64,000 bases of DNA, taken from the NCBI GenBank assembly GCA_963422375.2, contig OY729428.2, forward strand, positions 1,696,001-1,760,000, in the 5' to 3' direction. A program made the position numbers and the translations under genes. Under the pieces are notes generated by a model. That model saw only the letters and a list, made by a program, of their open reading frames with translations, did not search any database and had not been told where the DNA came from. Origin of the DNA: Bryobacterales bacterium. Lineage in GTDB: Bacteria; Acidobacteriota; Terriglobia; Bryobacterales; UBA6623. The first letter of the stretch is position 1. Each line of letters opens with the position of its first letter. Of this stretch, positions 51,303-60,593 are shown one piece after another.

Positions 51303-51695
51303 CTACGCCCCTGCTTCGGCGGCGACGTACTGCTGATACTGCTCGGCAGTGAGCAGTGCCTGCAACTCGTTGGTGTCGAAGACCGTCATCCTGACCAGCC
51401 AGCCTTCGCCGTGGGGATCGTCGTTGATTTTCTCCGGGGCGTCGATCAGGTCCGCGTTCACCGCTGTGACCTCGCCGCTGATCGGCGCGTAGATGTCTGA
51501 GACGGCCTTAACCGACTCCACCGCGCCGAAGGCTCCGTCGACTTGCAGTTTGGTGCCGGCCTCGGGCAGTTCCACGTAAACGACATCGCCGAGCTGGTCT
51601 TGGGCGTGATGCGTGATGCCGACCGTGGCGATGTCTCCATCGACCCTCACCCATTCGTGCTCGCGAGTGTAGCGGTACTCTGCCGGGTATTCCAT
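51303..51695 (-). CDS. gcvH: Glycine cleavage H protein
   Basis: HEWV, GITHHAQDQLGDVV, VESVKAVSDIYAP (lipoyl Lys), GWL. Confidence 0.97.
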   Translation of the reverse strand: MEYPAEYRYTREHEWVRVDGDIATVGITHHAQDQLGDVVYVELPEAGTKLQVDGAFGAVESVKAVSDIYAPISGEVTAVNADLIDAPEKINDDPHGEGWLVRMTVFDTNELQALLTAEQYQQYVAAEAGA

Positions 51696-51701
51696 GGACG
51701 T

Positions 51702-52838
51702 TCAGTGCCTCTTGCGGTCGTAGAACGGTGTCGGGACGATCTCGGCTGCGACCCGCCGCCGCCGGATCTCGATCTCGACCGGCTGGCCCTTGCCGCAGTA
51801 TTCGACCGGGAGCATGCACAGGCCGATGTTCCGGCCTAGGGCCGGGGAGGGCGACGCGCTGGTGACGCGGCCGACCTCCCGGCCGTCCGATAGGACGCGG
51901 TACCCGTCGCGCGCGATGCCGCGCCCCCTCATCTCGAAGCCCGCGATCTTGCGACGGACGCCCTCTCTCCTTTGGCGCGCGAGCCGCTCACGGCCGCAGA
52001 AGGCCTGCTTCCCGAGCTTGACGATCCAGCCGAGCCCCGCTTCGTACGGAGTGGTGTCGGCGTCGATCTCGTGACCGTAAAGGGACATGGCCGCCTCGAG
52101 CCGCAGCGTGTTCCGTGCGCCTAGGCCGCAAGGCCGGATCGACTCGCCTGCGCCGGCTGCCATGATGGCGTGCCACGTTCGCACCGCTTCGGTCGGGGGC
52201 AGGTAGACCTCGAAGCCGTCCTCCCCGGTGTAGCCGGTTCGGGCAATGATCGCGGGCGCGCCGGCGAATTCGCCTTGGGCGAACCAGTAGTATCTCATCC
52301 CGTCTAGGTCCAGACCGGTCAGGCGGCGGGCGACCGCTAGCGCCTGCGGACCTTGGATCGCCAGCTGCGCATAGCGCTCGCTGGCGAGCTCGACCTCGGC
52401 GTCGAAGGGGTTGTTGCCGCGTATCCATTCGAAGTCCGCTACCTGGTTGGCTGCGTTGACGCACAGGAGGAAGTGCTCGGTCGCGAGCCGGTGGACGAGC
52501 AGGTCGTCGAGGAACCCGCCGCGCGGATTGAGGAGACCGCTGTACTGCGCCTGGCCGTCGCGCAGGCTGGCCGCTCGGTTCGAGCAGAGCGAGTCGACCA
52601 GGTCTACGGCCTGCGGGCCGCGGACCTCGATCTCCCCCATGTGGCTTACGTCGAAGAGACCTACTCCGGTTCTGACTGCGTTGTGCTCCGCCACGACGCC
52701 CTCGTATTCGACGGGCATATCCCACCCGCCGAAACCGACCATGCGAGCCCCGGCAGCGCGATGCAGGCGGTTCAGGGGCGTGGGCCGCAAGGGGGGCTGG
52801 CGATCGGTGGCAGCCATCTGGCCAGGTGCCGCCGCCAT
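51702..52838 (-). CDS. gcvT: Aminomethyltransferase (glycine cleavage T)
   Basis: FGGWDMPVEY, FDVSHMGE, RTGYTGEDGFE, GLGARNTLRLEA. Confidence 0.96.
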   Translation of the reverse strand: MAAAPGQMAATDRQPPLRPTPLNRLHRAAGARMVGFGGWDMPVEYEGVVAEHNAVRTGVGLFDVSHMGEIEVRGPQAVDLVDSLCSNRAASLRDGQAQYSGLLNPRGGFLDDLLVHRLATEHFLLCVNAANQVADFEWIRGNNPFDAEVELASERYAQLAIQGPQALAVARRLTGLDLDGMRYYWFAQGEFAGAPAIIARTGYTGEDGFEVYLPPTEAVRTWHAIMAAGAGESIRPCGLGARNTLRLEAAMSLYGHEIDADTTPYEAGLGWIVKLGKQAFCGRERLARQRREGVRRKIAGFEMRGRGIARDGYRVLSDGREVGRVTSASPSPALGRNIGLCMLPVEYCGKGQPVEIEIRRRRVAAEIVPTPFYDRKRH

Positions 52839-52867
52839 CGGCTGCGACGGGAGTCAGGCGAAGACAT

Positions 52868-52896
52868 AACCTAGCAACCGCCCGCGAACCTGTCAA
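52868..52896 (-). promoter_or_regulatory. Sigma70 promoter of the gcv operon
   Basis: Minus strand TTGACA-17 nt-TAGGTT with TG extension. Confidence 0.65.
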
Positions 52897-53038
52897 ATTC
52901 CCGAGCGCCGACGGCGGGTCGCGGACAGCCAGAGAGGTCCTTCCCGATGTCCGAGAGCGACTTGAACGGTACCGTGCCCCGGCGAGGATTCGGGCGAAGC
53001 GTCGGGCACGGTTCCGGAGGCCCGCCGGGGCGATTTCA

Positions 53039-53047
53039 TGCTATAAT
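53039..53047 (+). promoter_or_regulatory. Extended -10 promoter of the DUF2791/SNF2 operon
   Basis: TGCTATAAT followed by a GGGGAG RBS and ATG 53075. Confidence 0.65.
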
Positions 53048-53074
53048 GAAAGATTAACGTTCAGGGGAGTTCGA

Positions 53075-53929
53075 ATGGCGGCCTCGGTCGCCTGTAGGCG
53101 CACGACGGAGGCAAGGCACCGAGTGGCAACGTACGAGCAAGCTCTTGCAGCGGCCGAAGCGGCCGCGCTAAAGGTCCGAGACGCAGCCGCCGCCACGAGA
53201 GTGGCGGCCGGCAGGCTGTCGAAAGCAGCCGAACTCGGCAAGATGGCGGATTTCAGAAGATTCACCGAACACCTCGACGTTTCGATCGCGACCTTGAACG
53301 AGTCGGCGGCTAGCCTGCGGGGGGCTACGGACGCGACGCTGGCGTGGCCGGGGCAGGACAGAGACTCGGGCGCGTCGTTCGAGGACTGCTACAGCGAGGA
53401 ACTTTGCCAGGTCGCGGCCTCCGAGAATGTGATAGTCGAACGGCGCGAGAGCCAGCTCGTCTCGTTTCCTTCTGTTATCCGCGTCCTTCCCGGTTCGAGG
53501 GCGCTCGAGGTCGACAAGAAGAAGGAGCACGTGACTCGGCCGTCCAAGGTCGTCGGCATCTTGCAGGCGAAGCAGAAGAGGCTGGACAAGTTCAAGCCGG
53601 AAAACTTCATCGAGGCACTCTACAAGGTCTACGCATACCTCACAGAGGATACGTCGTCCGCCAGGCTGATGGCAAACGACCGTCCGCCCGTGCTCCTGTC
53701 CAAGATCTACGGGTGCTGGAACGCGCTGCCCGGGGCTAAGTACACGAAGGCTGACTTCTCCAGGGATCTTTTCGTGCTCGATTACAAGGGAGTGCGGACG
53801 ACGAGAAAGGGGAAGTTGCTCTCGATGCAGGCAGCGACAGGTACTAGGAGGTCCGGCTTCTTCACGTTCGTCGGGCCGGACGGACAGGAAGGCAAGTACT
53901 ATTCGGTCAAGTTTTCGGAGCGAGGCTGA
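53075..53929 (+). CDS. Hypothetical protein (Ala-rich helical N-terminus, globular C-terminus); first gene of putative defence operon
   Basis: RBS plus ATG 53075 (alternative GTG 53123); TGATG coupling with the next gene. Confidence 0.8.
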   Translation: MAASVACRRTTEARHRVATYEQALAAAEAAALKVRDAAAATRVAAGRLSKAAELGKMADFRRFTEHLDVSIATLNESAASLRGATDATLAWPGQDRDSGASFEDCYSEELCQVAASENVIVERRESQLVSFPSVIRVLPGSRALEVDKKKEHVTRPSKVVGILQAKQKRLDKFKPENFIEALYKVYAYLTEDTSSARLMANDRPPVLLSKIYGCWNALPGAKYTKADFSRDLFVLDYKGVRTTRKGKLLSMQAATGTRRSGFFTFVGPDGQEGKYYSVKFSERG

Positions 53930-54873
53930 TGCCGAAAGCCTATTCGCCCGATGAATGGCTGGACGTGGTCGAGAGGGAATACCTGTCCGGCTTCATCCCC
54001 GACGGAGGGGCCACGATCAAGTTCGTCGTGTCTTCCGAAGGGTTGAGGAGGCGGCTGATCGAGGATGCGACGTATCGATGCGAGCGACTGGGCTACTTGG
54101 CCTTGGAGGTCGACGCAGCGACTACTCGATTCCACATGCCGCAGGACATTTTCCTGAACCTGTCGGCTCAGATTAGTTGGCCCAGCTTGGCGCGTCGCAT
54201 GGTGTTGCGACTTGCCGAGAAGAACGGCTTCAAGACGGAGGGAATCGATGCGGACAGCGTCGAAGCCGTTTACGAGGCGGTTGCCGATGCCAACGACGTG
54301 GAGATCCGCACCGTGCTGAGGGACTTGATGCACGGCATCGAGCAAGCCGTGGGCAAGAACCGCGACATGCTCAGGGACTTTCGCGAGGCGATGAGGCACC
54401 TCTGCCGAGCGGAGCGGGTTGATGATTCCCACCCGATCGTCGGCTGGCTTGGCGGGGCGCGCGTCAGCAGTGTCAGGGACTTCGGAATCTACACGAGGAT
54501 CGACCGGACCACGGCGCGGTACTTCATAGAGTCCACGCTGATCTGGATTCAACAGGTCGGGTTCAGCGGCACGGTATTGGTCTTGGACAACTCCAGGGTG
54601 ACCGAGGTCGACAGACCCAAGGACGGTAGCCAGTACTATACGAAGGCAAGGGCCATGGACCACTACGAAGTCCTGCGCGAATTCGTGGATGACGCGGACC
54701 GGCTGGTGTCGACGTTCATGCTTGTCGCCGCGGAGGAAGCGTTCGCCGACGACTCCGGGTCAAGGCGCTCGAAGGGCTACGGAATCTACGAGGCGCTGAA
54801 GACTCGCCTAATGCTCGACATTCGCGACAAGACACTGGCCAATCCGGTAGCTTCTCTGGTTCGACTGTCGTAG
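53929..54873 (+). CDS. DUF2791/BrxD-like P-loop protein with degenerate Walker motifs
   Basis: YLSGFIPDGGATIKFVV, then SSEGLRR in place of GxxGxGK; GFSGTVLVLDN; LREFVDD; GIYEALKTRL. Confidence 0.7.
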   Translation: MPKAYSPDEWLDVVEREYLSGFIPDGGATIKFVVSSEGLRRRLIEDATYRCERLGYLALEVDAATTRFHMPQDIFLNLSAQISWPSLARRMVLRLAEKNGFKTEGIDADSVEAVYEAVADANDVEIRTVLRDLMHGIEQAVGKNRDMLRDFREAMRHLCRAERVDDSHPIVGWLGGARVSSVRDFGIYTRIDRTTARYFIESTLIWIQQVGFSGTVLVLDNSRVTEVDRPKDGSQYYTKARAMDHYEVLREFVDDADRLVSTFMLVAAEEAFADDSGSRRSKGYGIYEALKTRLMLDIRDKTLANPVASLVRLS

Positions 54874-54884
54874 GGGGAGTCCGC

Positions 54885-56165
54885 ATGCCTGACAGCAGCA
54901 ACGACCGCCATTGCGCACGGAGAGCCATTGAGGCTCTTCGAAACGGCGTGCCGAACCGCGATGCTGTCCGGTCGCTCGGCTGCGACCAGCCTAGGGCGGA
55001 AGAGGAATTCGACCGGCTCCTTGCCGCTGCTGGGTCGGGCGGAGAGGCGGAGGGCTCCACCGGCATGGTGGTGTCCGGCGATTTCGGCGAGGGCAAGTCG
55101 CACCTGCTCGCGTACTTGCACCAGAGAGCCTTGGACGAACGATTCGTTTGCAGCAAGGTGGCGATCAGCAAGGAGACGCCGCTGTACAACTTGGACAAGG
55201 TCTTCCAGTCGGCGGTTGCGAACGCCAGCGTGCCCGACCACAACGGGCGGCTGATCGAGGAGCTGGCCCTGTCTGCGAAGCTTGATTCGACCTCGTTCGG
55301 CGAGTTCTACGGATGGGTTGCCAACGAGGTCCGGCGCGAGAGACTCAGCCCCATGTTCCAAGCCACCCTGGTGGCCTACGAATGCTCCGACAACTTGGAT
55401 CTCAAGGGGCGCATCGAGGGCTTCTGGTCCGGCGGTCGGCTGAACTCCTCCGACCTCAAGAGAGGGCTGAGAGCGGTCGGCAAGCGCGAGTTCTGCGCCT
55501 TCCGCGCGCCGAGGTTGGCCGACTTGCCGCCTCAGCGCACACGGTTCCTGCTGGAGCTCGTCAAGGGGGCCGGCTACAGTGGCTGGGTGGTGCTCTTGGA
55601 CGAGATCGAATTGATCGGATCCTACTCCCAGCTGCAACGGGGCAGGGCCTACGCCGAGTTCGCTCGCTGGTTCGGTCGCGCGCCCGGCCATCGCTACCCG
55701 GGCTTGGTGGGAGTCGGTGCCGTCACGGGCGATTTCGCTATTGCTTTCATCAGCTCCAGCGGAAGGAGGAAGGACTCGGACTACATCGGCTCGAAGCTGA
55801 GCGCCCGCCCCAGGGACCAGCACTTGGCCCAGCCGGCGGAAGCGGGGATGAGTTTGCTGCAAAATGACTGCATCCCGCTGAAAGTCCTTGACGAGGAGGC
55901 AGAGCGAGCCGCCTTGGTGCGGTTGCGCGAGCTCTACAGCGAGGCCTACGGCTGGACCGCGCCCGATCCTCAGAGGATCCGTCATCCGGTCGGAGTGCAG
56001 AATCGCATGCGTTACAAGGTTCGGTCCGCGATCAACGAATGGGACCTGACGAGGCTCGATCCAGAGTCCGCGCCGGAGACAGTTGCCGACGATTTCCGGC
56101 CTAGGTTCGATGGCGTGCCAGACGCCCTTGAAGTTGGTCCCGCCGGACTCGCTGACCTTGAGTAG
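54885..56165 (+). CDS. DUF2791/BrxD-like AAA ATPase
   Basis: RRAIEALRNGVP N-terminus, Walker A GDFGEGKS, ISKETPL, GYSGWVVLLDEIE Walker B. Confidence 0.85.
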   Translation: MPDSSNDRHCARRAIEALRNGVPNRDAVRSLGCDQPRAEEEFDRLLAAAGSGGEAEGSTGMVVSGDFGEGKSHLLAYLHQRALDERFVCSKVAISKETPLYNLDKVFQSAVANASVPDHNGRLIEELALSAKLDSTSFGEFYGWVANEVRRERLSPMFQATLVAYECSDNLDLKGRIEGFWSGGRLNSSDLKRGLRAVGKREFCAFRAPRLADLPPQRTRFLLELVKGAGYSGWVVLLDEIELIGSYSQLQRGRAYAEFARWFGRAPGHRYPGLVGVGAVTGDFAIAFISSSGRRKDSDYIGSKLSARPRDQHLAQPAEAGMSLLQNDCIPLKVLDEEAERAALVRLRELYSEAYGWTAPDPQRIRHPVGVQNRMRYKVRSAINEWDLTRLDPESAPETVADDFRPRFDGVPDALEVGPAGLADLE

Positions 56166-56219
56166 AGCAGGCCCTTCGCGTGCTGGTCCCGGGCGGCGCG
56201 ACCTGAGAGGTGATCGGGC

Positions 56220-58287
56220 TTGCCCGTCCCGTTCGACGATCCGTCGGAGGAGGCGTCCGAACCCAGTATCGGCTGGCTGCGCTGCGTTCGGGAAGGGCAC
56301 GGCGACGAACTGCGCGTGGCGCTGTTCCAAACGGACGCGCGGGCGTCCCCGCTAGGATTCTGCTGGACCCGAGCTCACACTCGGGAACGGTTCATCGAGG
56401 CCGGGCCGGCACGGCTGCAAGCCGCGCTGGAGGCCTGCGTCGGGTCGGTATTCCGGAAAGCCGATCCGTCGCCGTCCCTGGTAGTCGGGCTCGCGAGCGA
56501 CCTTCCGACGGAGAGGTGCCTCGGCGCATTGCGAGCTGCAATCCCGTTCGGGTGGATTGAAGGCCGGCCCGGTCATGGCAGATCCCGGGCGCCTGAGCCC
56601 GTGCCTCGCGTCCGTTGGCAGGGAGCGGAACCGCGCCAAGGGACGCCGGCGCAGCGTCTGTTGCTCGCCGCGATGAACCGGGCTGACCCGGTGGAGCCCT
56701 TGGAACGAGCTGCTCGGGGGTTGGACGAGGTCTGTTCCGACACTTCGGATGGTGCTTGGGCCGGCGACCCCGACCTTGCCTTGTCGCTCGGCCCTCGCGT
56801 GCTGTCATCCTCCGTTCATTCCCGGCGAAGTCCGCCGGGCCGGTTTGACGGTCCGGCCGGCGGCTCCCCGACGCTGGCCAGTCGGATGCGCTCCGTGCTG
56901 GCGCCTGCGCCGTCTCTCGCGGCTATTGCCGGCGATCTGAACCTCGCTTGGCCCGGCTACCTCAGGCCGTTCCAAGTCGATGGGGTGCGCGCCTTGCTTG
57001 ATAGGGATCGCTTGCTTCTCGCGGACGACATGGGTCTCGGCAAGACGCTTGCAAGCCGTCGTGGCGTTCCGAATCCTGCGAGCGAAGGGCGATGCTGGCA
57101 GGTGTCTGGTAATCGCGCCGGCCAGCGTGCTCGAGCACTGGCGCAGGGAATTCGGAAAGTGGGCGCCCGAGGTCCGCACGCTCCAGGTCCGCGGAGCCGC
57201 CAACGATAGGGACTGGCAGTGGCGAGCGGACATCGACGCGTTTCTCGTGAGCTACGACACGCTGCGAATCGACCTTAGGCGCTCTGAGTTCGTCCGCCGG
57301 CGTACTTGGGACGTCGTTATCGCCGACGAGGCGCAGAGAATCAAGAACCGGAACGTCACGAGCTTCGCGATCAAGGGCGTCCTCCGCTCGCGGTCATGGG
57401 CCTTGACCGGCACACCCTTGGAGAATCGGGAGGCGGAACTGGCTTCCGTAATAGAATGCGTCGACGATGATCTCCCAGGGTACCCAACCCGGCAGGTGCC
57501 TGGACCCGCGCTACGCGCCGTGCATCGCGAGCTCCAACTCCGGCGCAAGAAGGCGGACGTACTGGAGCAGCTGCCTCCCAAGCAGGTCACCAAGCTCGGA
57601 ATCGACCTGACCCCGGGCCAGCGGGAGAGCTACGAACGAGCGGAGCGCAAGGGCATTGTCTTCCTCAAGTCCCTCGGCAAAGATGTCCGCATCACTCACG
57701 TTCTCGCGCTGATAACCCGACTGAAGCAGATCTGCAACGCCGACCCAGAATCCGGCGATTCAAGCAAGCTGGACGACATCCGGGACCGCATGGAGCAGCT
57801 CGTAGCCGAGGGCCACAAGGCGCTCGTGTTTTCGCAATTCACGGACGCCACATTCGGTGTGGCGGCCGTCGAGAGGCACTTGCGCCAGTTCAATCCCCTG
57901 TGCATCACCGGCACGACTGCCCAAGAGGACCGGGCCGGGGTTGTGGACCGGTTCAAGTCGGACAGGGCGTGCCCAGTGCTCGTCCTGTCCCTGCGCGTCG
58001 GCTCGCTGGGACTGAACTTGCAGGAAGCCTCCTACGTGTTTCACCTTGACCGCTGGTGGAATCCTGCGGTGGAACGGCAGGCCGAGGACCGCAGCCATCG
58101 CCACGGTCAGACCGTCAAGGTCAACGTCGTCAAGTACTCCTGCGTCGGCACGATCGAAGACCGCATCGACGAAATCCTCGAGGAGAAGCAGTTGCTGTTC
58201 GACGAGATCGTAGACGATGTGTCGATTGATGTCAGTGCCAGGCTGAGCTTGGAGGAACTCTTGAGTCTCTTCAACTTGCAGCGCTAG
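56220..58287 (+). pseudogene. SNF2-family helicase with uncharacterised N-terminal domain; single +1 frameshift at ~57048 (real lesion or sequencing error)
   Basis: LRPFQ..LLLADDMGLGKT | LQAVVA, IAPASV..W..E, IADEAQRIKN, LTGTPLEN, KALVFSQF, GLNLQEAS..DRWWNPAVERQAEDRSHRHGQ. Confidence 0.85.
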
Positions 58288-58417
58288 ACGCCGCTCTCCG
58301 TTACGCCCGTCGACCTCTCGGGCGCTGTCAGCACGGCGGATCCGCCGAATCGCCTCAAGCCAGCCAAGCGCCGCTCGGTCGCGGCGCGGGACCGCGTCCG
58401 AGGCGCAGCACCGCCCC

Positions 58418-60553
58418 TCACTCGCGTGGCGCGCTCGCCTCCGTCCCTGGCGGCAGGGCGAACGCCCAGAATCCCATGCCCGACGCAATCGAGACAAACT
58501 GCCTCCCTCCCACCATGTAAGTCATGGGAGAGGCCTTCCATTCCTGGCTCGCCTGAAAGTGCCACAACGGCTTGCCCGTTTGCGCGTCGAGCGCCGCGAA
58601 GGCGCCGCTGTCCTCGCCGAAGAACACCAGTCCGCCAGCGGTCGAGAGCACGCCCGAGTATGTAGTCGAGTCTCCGGTTTGCGCGTAGTTCCAAACCGTA
58701 CTGCCCGTCTGCATGTCCAGGGCGCGGACGTGCCTGCGGCTCGGCGAGCCGTCCGAGAGGCGGAAGGTCCCGCCTAGCCAGGACTTGCCTCGCTGCCACG
58801 GCCGGTCGTGCTTCGTGTAGGTCATGCACGACTCGTGGACCATCAGGTAGAAGAGCTTGGTGTCCGGGCTGAAGGACGAGGCCCACCAGTTGGTGGCGCC
58901 TCGGATGCCCGGACAGACGGTGCTGCCCTCTTCGGTAGGGTCGCTGCCGGCACGCACCACGGGGCGTCCGCCCTCGTCGATCCGTTCGGCCCACGTCTGC
59001 TCGACGAACGGTTCCCCGAGCAGGAATTCGCCCGTCTCCCGGTCCAGCACGTAGAAGAAGCCGTTGCGGTTGCCTTGGAGCAGGAGCTTGCGCTGCTCCC
59101 CGCGGAACTCGGCGTTCACGAGCAGCAGGGGCTCCTGGGCGTCCCAGTCGTGAGTGTCGTGCGGGGTGAACTGGAAGTGCCATCGCAGCTCGCCTGTCGC
59201 CGGGTCGAGCGCGAGCACGGAGTTTGTGTAGAGATTGTCCCCGGGGCGGCGGTCGCCGTTGAGATCCGGGCACGGGTTCCCGGTCGGCCAGTACAGCAGG
59301 TCCAGCTCCGGGTCGTAGCTGCCTGTGAGCCACGTGGCTCCGCAGCCTTTCTCCAGAATCTCGGGGTCGCCCCAAGTCTCCGACCCCGGCTCGCCCGGGG
59401 CGGGAATGGTCCAGAATCGCCACGCGCGCTCCCCGGTCGCGGCGCGGTAGGCGTCGAGGAAGCCGCGCAGGCCCGTGTCGCCGCCAGAAATCCCGAAATA
59501 GACCAATTCTCCGACGACCAGCGGCGCGGCGATGGCGCCGTAGTGGTCGCGCGAATCCGCCATCTCCACATCCCACTCCAGCTGGCCGGTCCAGCGGTTC
59601 AGCGCGATCGCGTGCGCGTTGTCGGTGACGGTGAACAGCAGGTCGCCCAAGACGGCCACACCGCGGTTGAGGCCGATCGCGGCGTCCCCGATCAGTCCCT
59701 TGGAGCGGGGCCTGGAGTACTCCCAGATCCGCCGGCCGGTCGCGGCGTCGAGGGCGAAGACTTGATTCGTAGCCGTGACGTACATGATTCCGTCGATCAC
59801 GACGGGAGTGCCCTCGATCATGCGCTGGCCCTCGACCGGGAAGAACCAAGCGGTCGAAAGCGAGGCCGCGTTGTCGCGGCGTATCTGATCCAAGGGGCTG
59901 TGGCGGTTGCCGCTGAAGCTCCCGTGGTACGTCGGCCAGTCGGCCCGCGGTCCGCTCGCCGCCTCGCGAAACCGTTCACCCTCCCTTCGAAGCAGACGAA
60001 TACGCCCGTCGACCGTCCGGACTTGGGCGTCGAAGCCGCTCTCGTTCAGGACTACACCTCGCGCCGTGCCCCCGCCCGCTAGCTCGATGGAGACGACTCG
60101 CTCGGTATCAGCTTCGGCAGGTTCATTCGCGAGGGTATCGAGATGCGCCACGAGGCTGGCGAGATCCCGGTCGTCCAGATCGAAGGGGGGCATGCCCCGG
60201 TTGGGAACGCCCGCCCGGATCAGGGCGGCCACCTGCTCGGAATCGCTCGCGTCGAGGAACGCAAGCATGTCGGGGGCGCGGTTCGTGCCTCGACCGTCGC
60301 CGGCATGGCAGAGGACGCAATGGCGCGCGAAGAGATCCGCCCCGCGCGCCGACGGCTGCGCGACCGCCAAGCCCGGGGCTCCCACAAGGACGGCGAGTCC
60401 GGCGAGCAGGGCCCCGTGGACGGCCACGCGGCTCGCTGGCCCGCACGTTGGGTGTGCGCTGGGAGGCTGACACCCGCCTGGCGAGCCAGCCTTGGGGCTC
60501 GGACCTAGCCGCCGCGCCCCGCGCTCATGCCCGGGGCGGATGCGATCCGGCAT
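58418..60553 (-). CDS. Cytochrome c-fused PQQ-type beta-propeller dehydrogenase; start uncertain
   Basis: CVLCH heme motif; WPTYHG..GNRHSPLDQI, NRGVA, YWPTGNP, PGDNLYT, QFTPHDTHDWD, NRNGFFYVLDR, ASPMTY. Confidence 0.88.
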   Translation of the reverse strand: MPDRIRPGHERGARRLGPSPKAGSPGGCQPPSAHPTCGPASRVAVHGALLAGLAVLVGAPGLAVAQPSARGADLFARHCVLCHAGDGRGTNRAPDMLAFLDASDSEQVAALIRAGVPNRGMPPFDLDDRDLASLVAHLDTLANEPAEADTERVVSIELAGGGTARGVVLNESGFDAQVRTVDGRIRLLRREGERFREAASGPRADWPTYHGSFSGNRHSPLDQIRRDNAASLSTAWFFPVEGQRMIEGTPVVIDGIMYVTATNQVFALDAATGRRIWEYSRPRSKGLIGDAAIGLNRGVAVLGDLLFTVTDNAHAIALNRWTGQLEWDVEMADSRDHYGAIAAPLVVGELVYFGISGGDTGLRGFLDAYRAATGERAWRFWTIPAPGEPGSETWGDPEILEKGCGATWLTGSYDPELDLLYWPTGNPCPDLNGDRRPGDNLYTNSVLALDPATGELRWHFQFTPHDTHDWDAQEPLLLVNAEFRGEQRKLLLQGNRNGFFYVLDRETGEFLLGEPFVEQTWAERIDEGGRPVVRAGSDPTEEGSTVCPGIRGATNWWASSFSPDTKLFYLMVHESCMTYTKHDRPWQRGKSWLGGTFRLSDGSPSRRHVRALDMQTGSTVWNYAQTGDSTTYSGVLSTAGGLVFFGEDSGAFAALDAQTGKPLWHFQASQEWKASPMTYMVGGRQFVSIASGMGFWAFALPPGTEASAPRE

Positions 60554-60593
60554 ATTCCTGCGCGCCGCGTCGACCGGATGTCTCCGCCTTGCC

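Noticed and set aside
52840..53040. Glycine riboswitch upstream of gcvT
   Set aside because: No GGAGAG/CCGAAG core; the predicted promoter lies only about 30 nt above the start codon
53075..58287. Complete BREX or Shango system
   Set aside because: No pglX, pglZ, brxC/pglY or TerB-like gene; the helicase has SNF2 motifs
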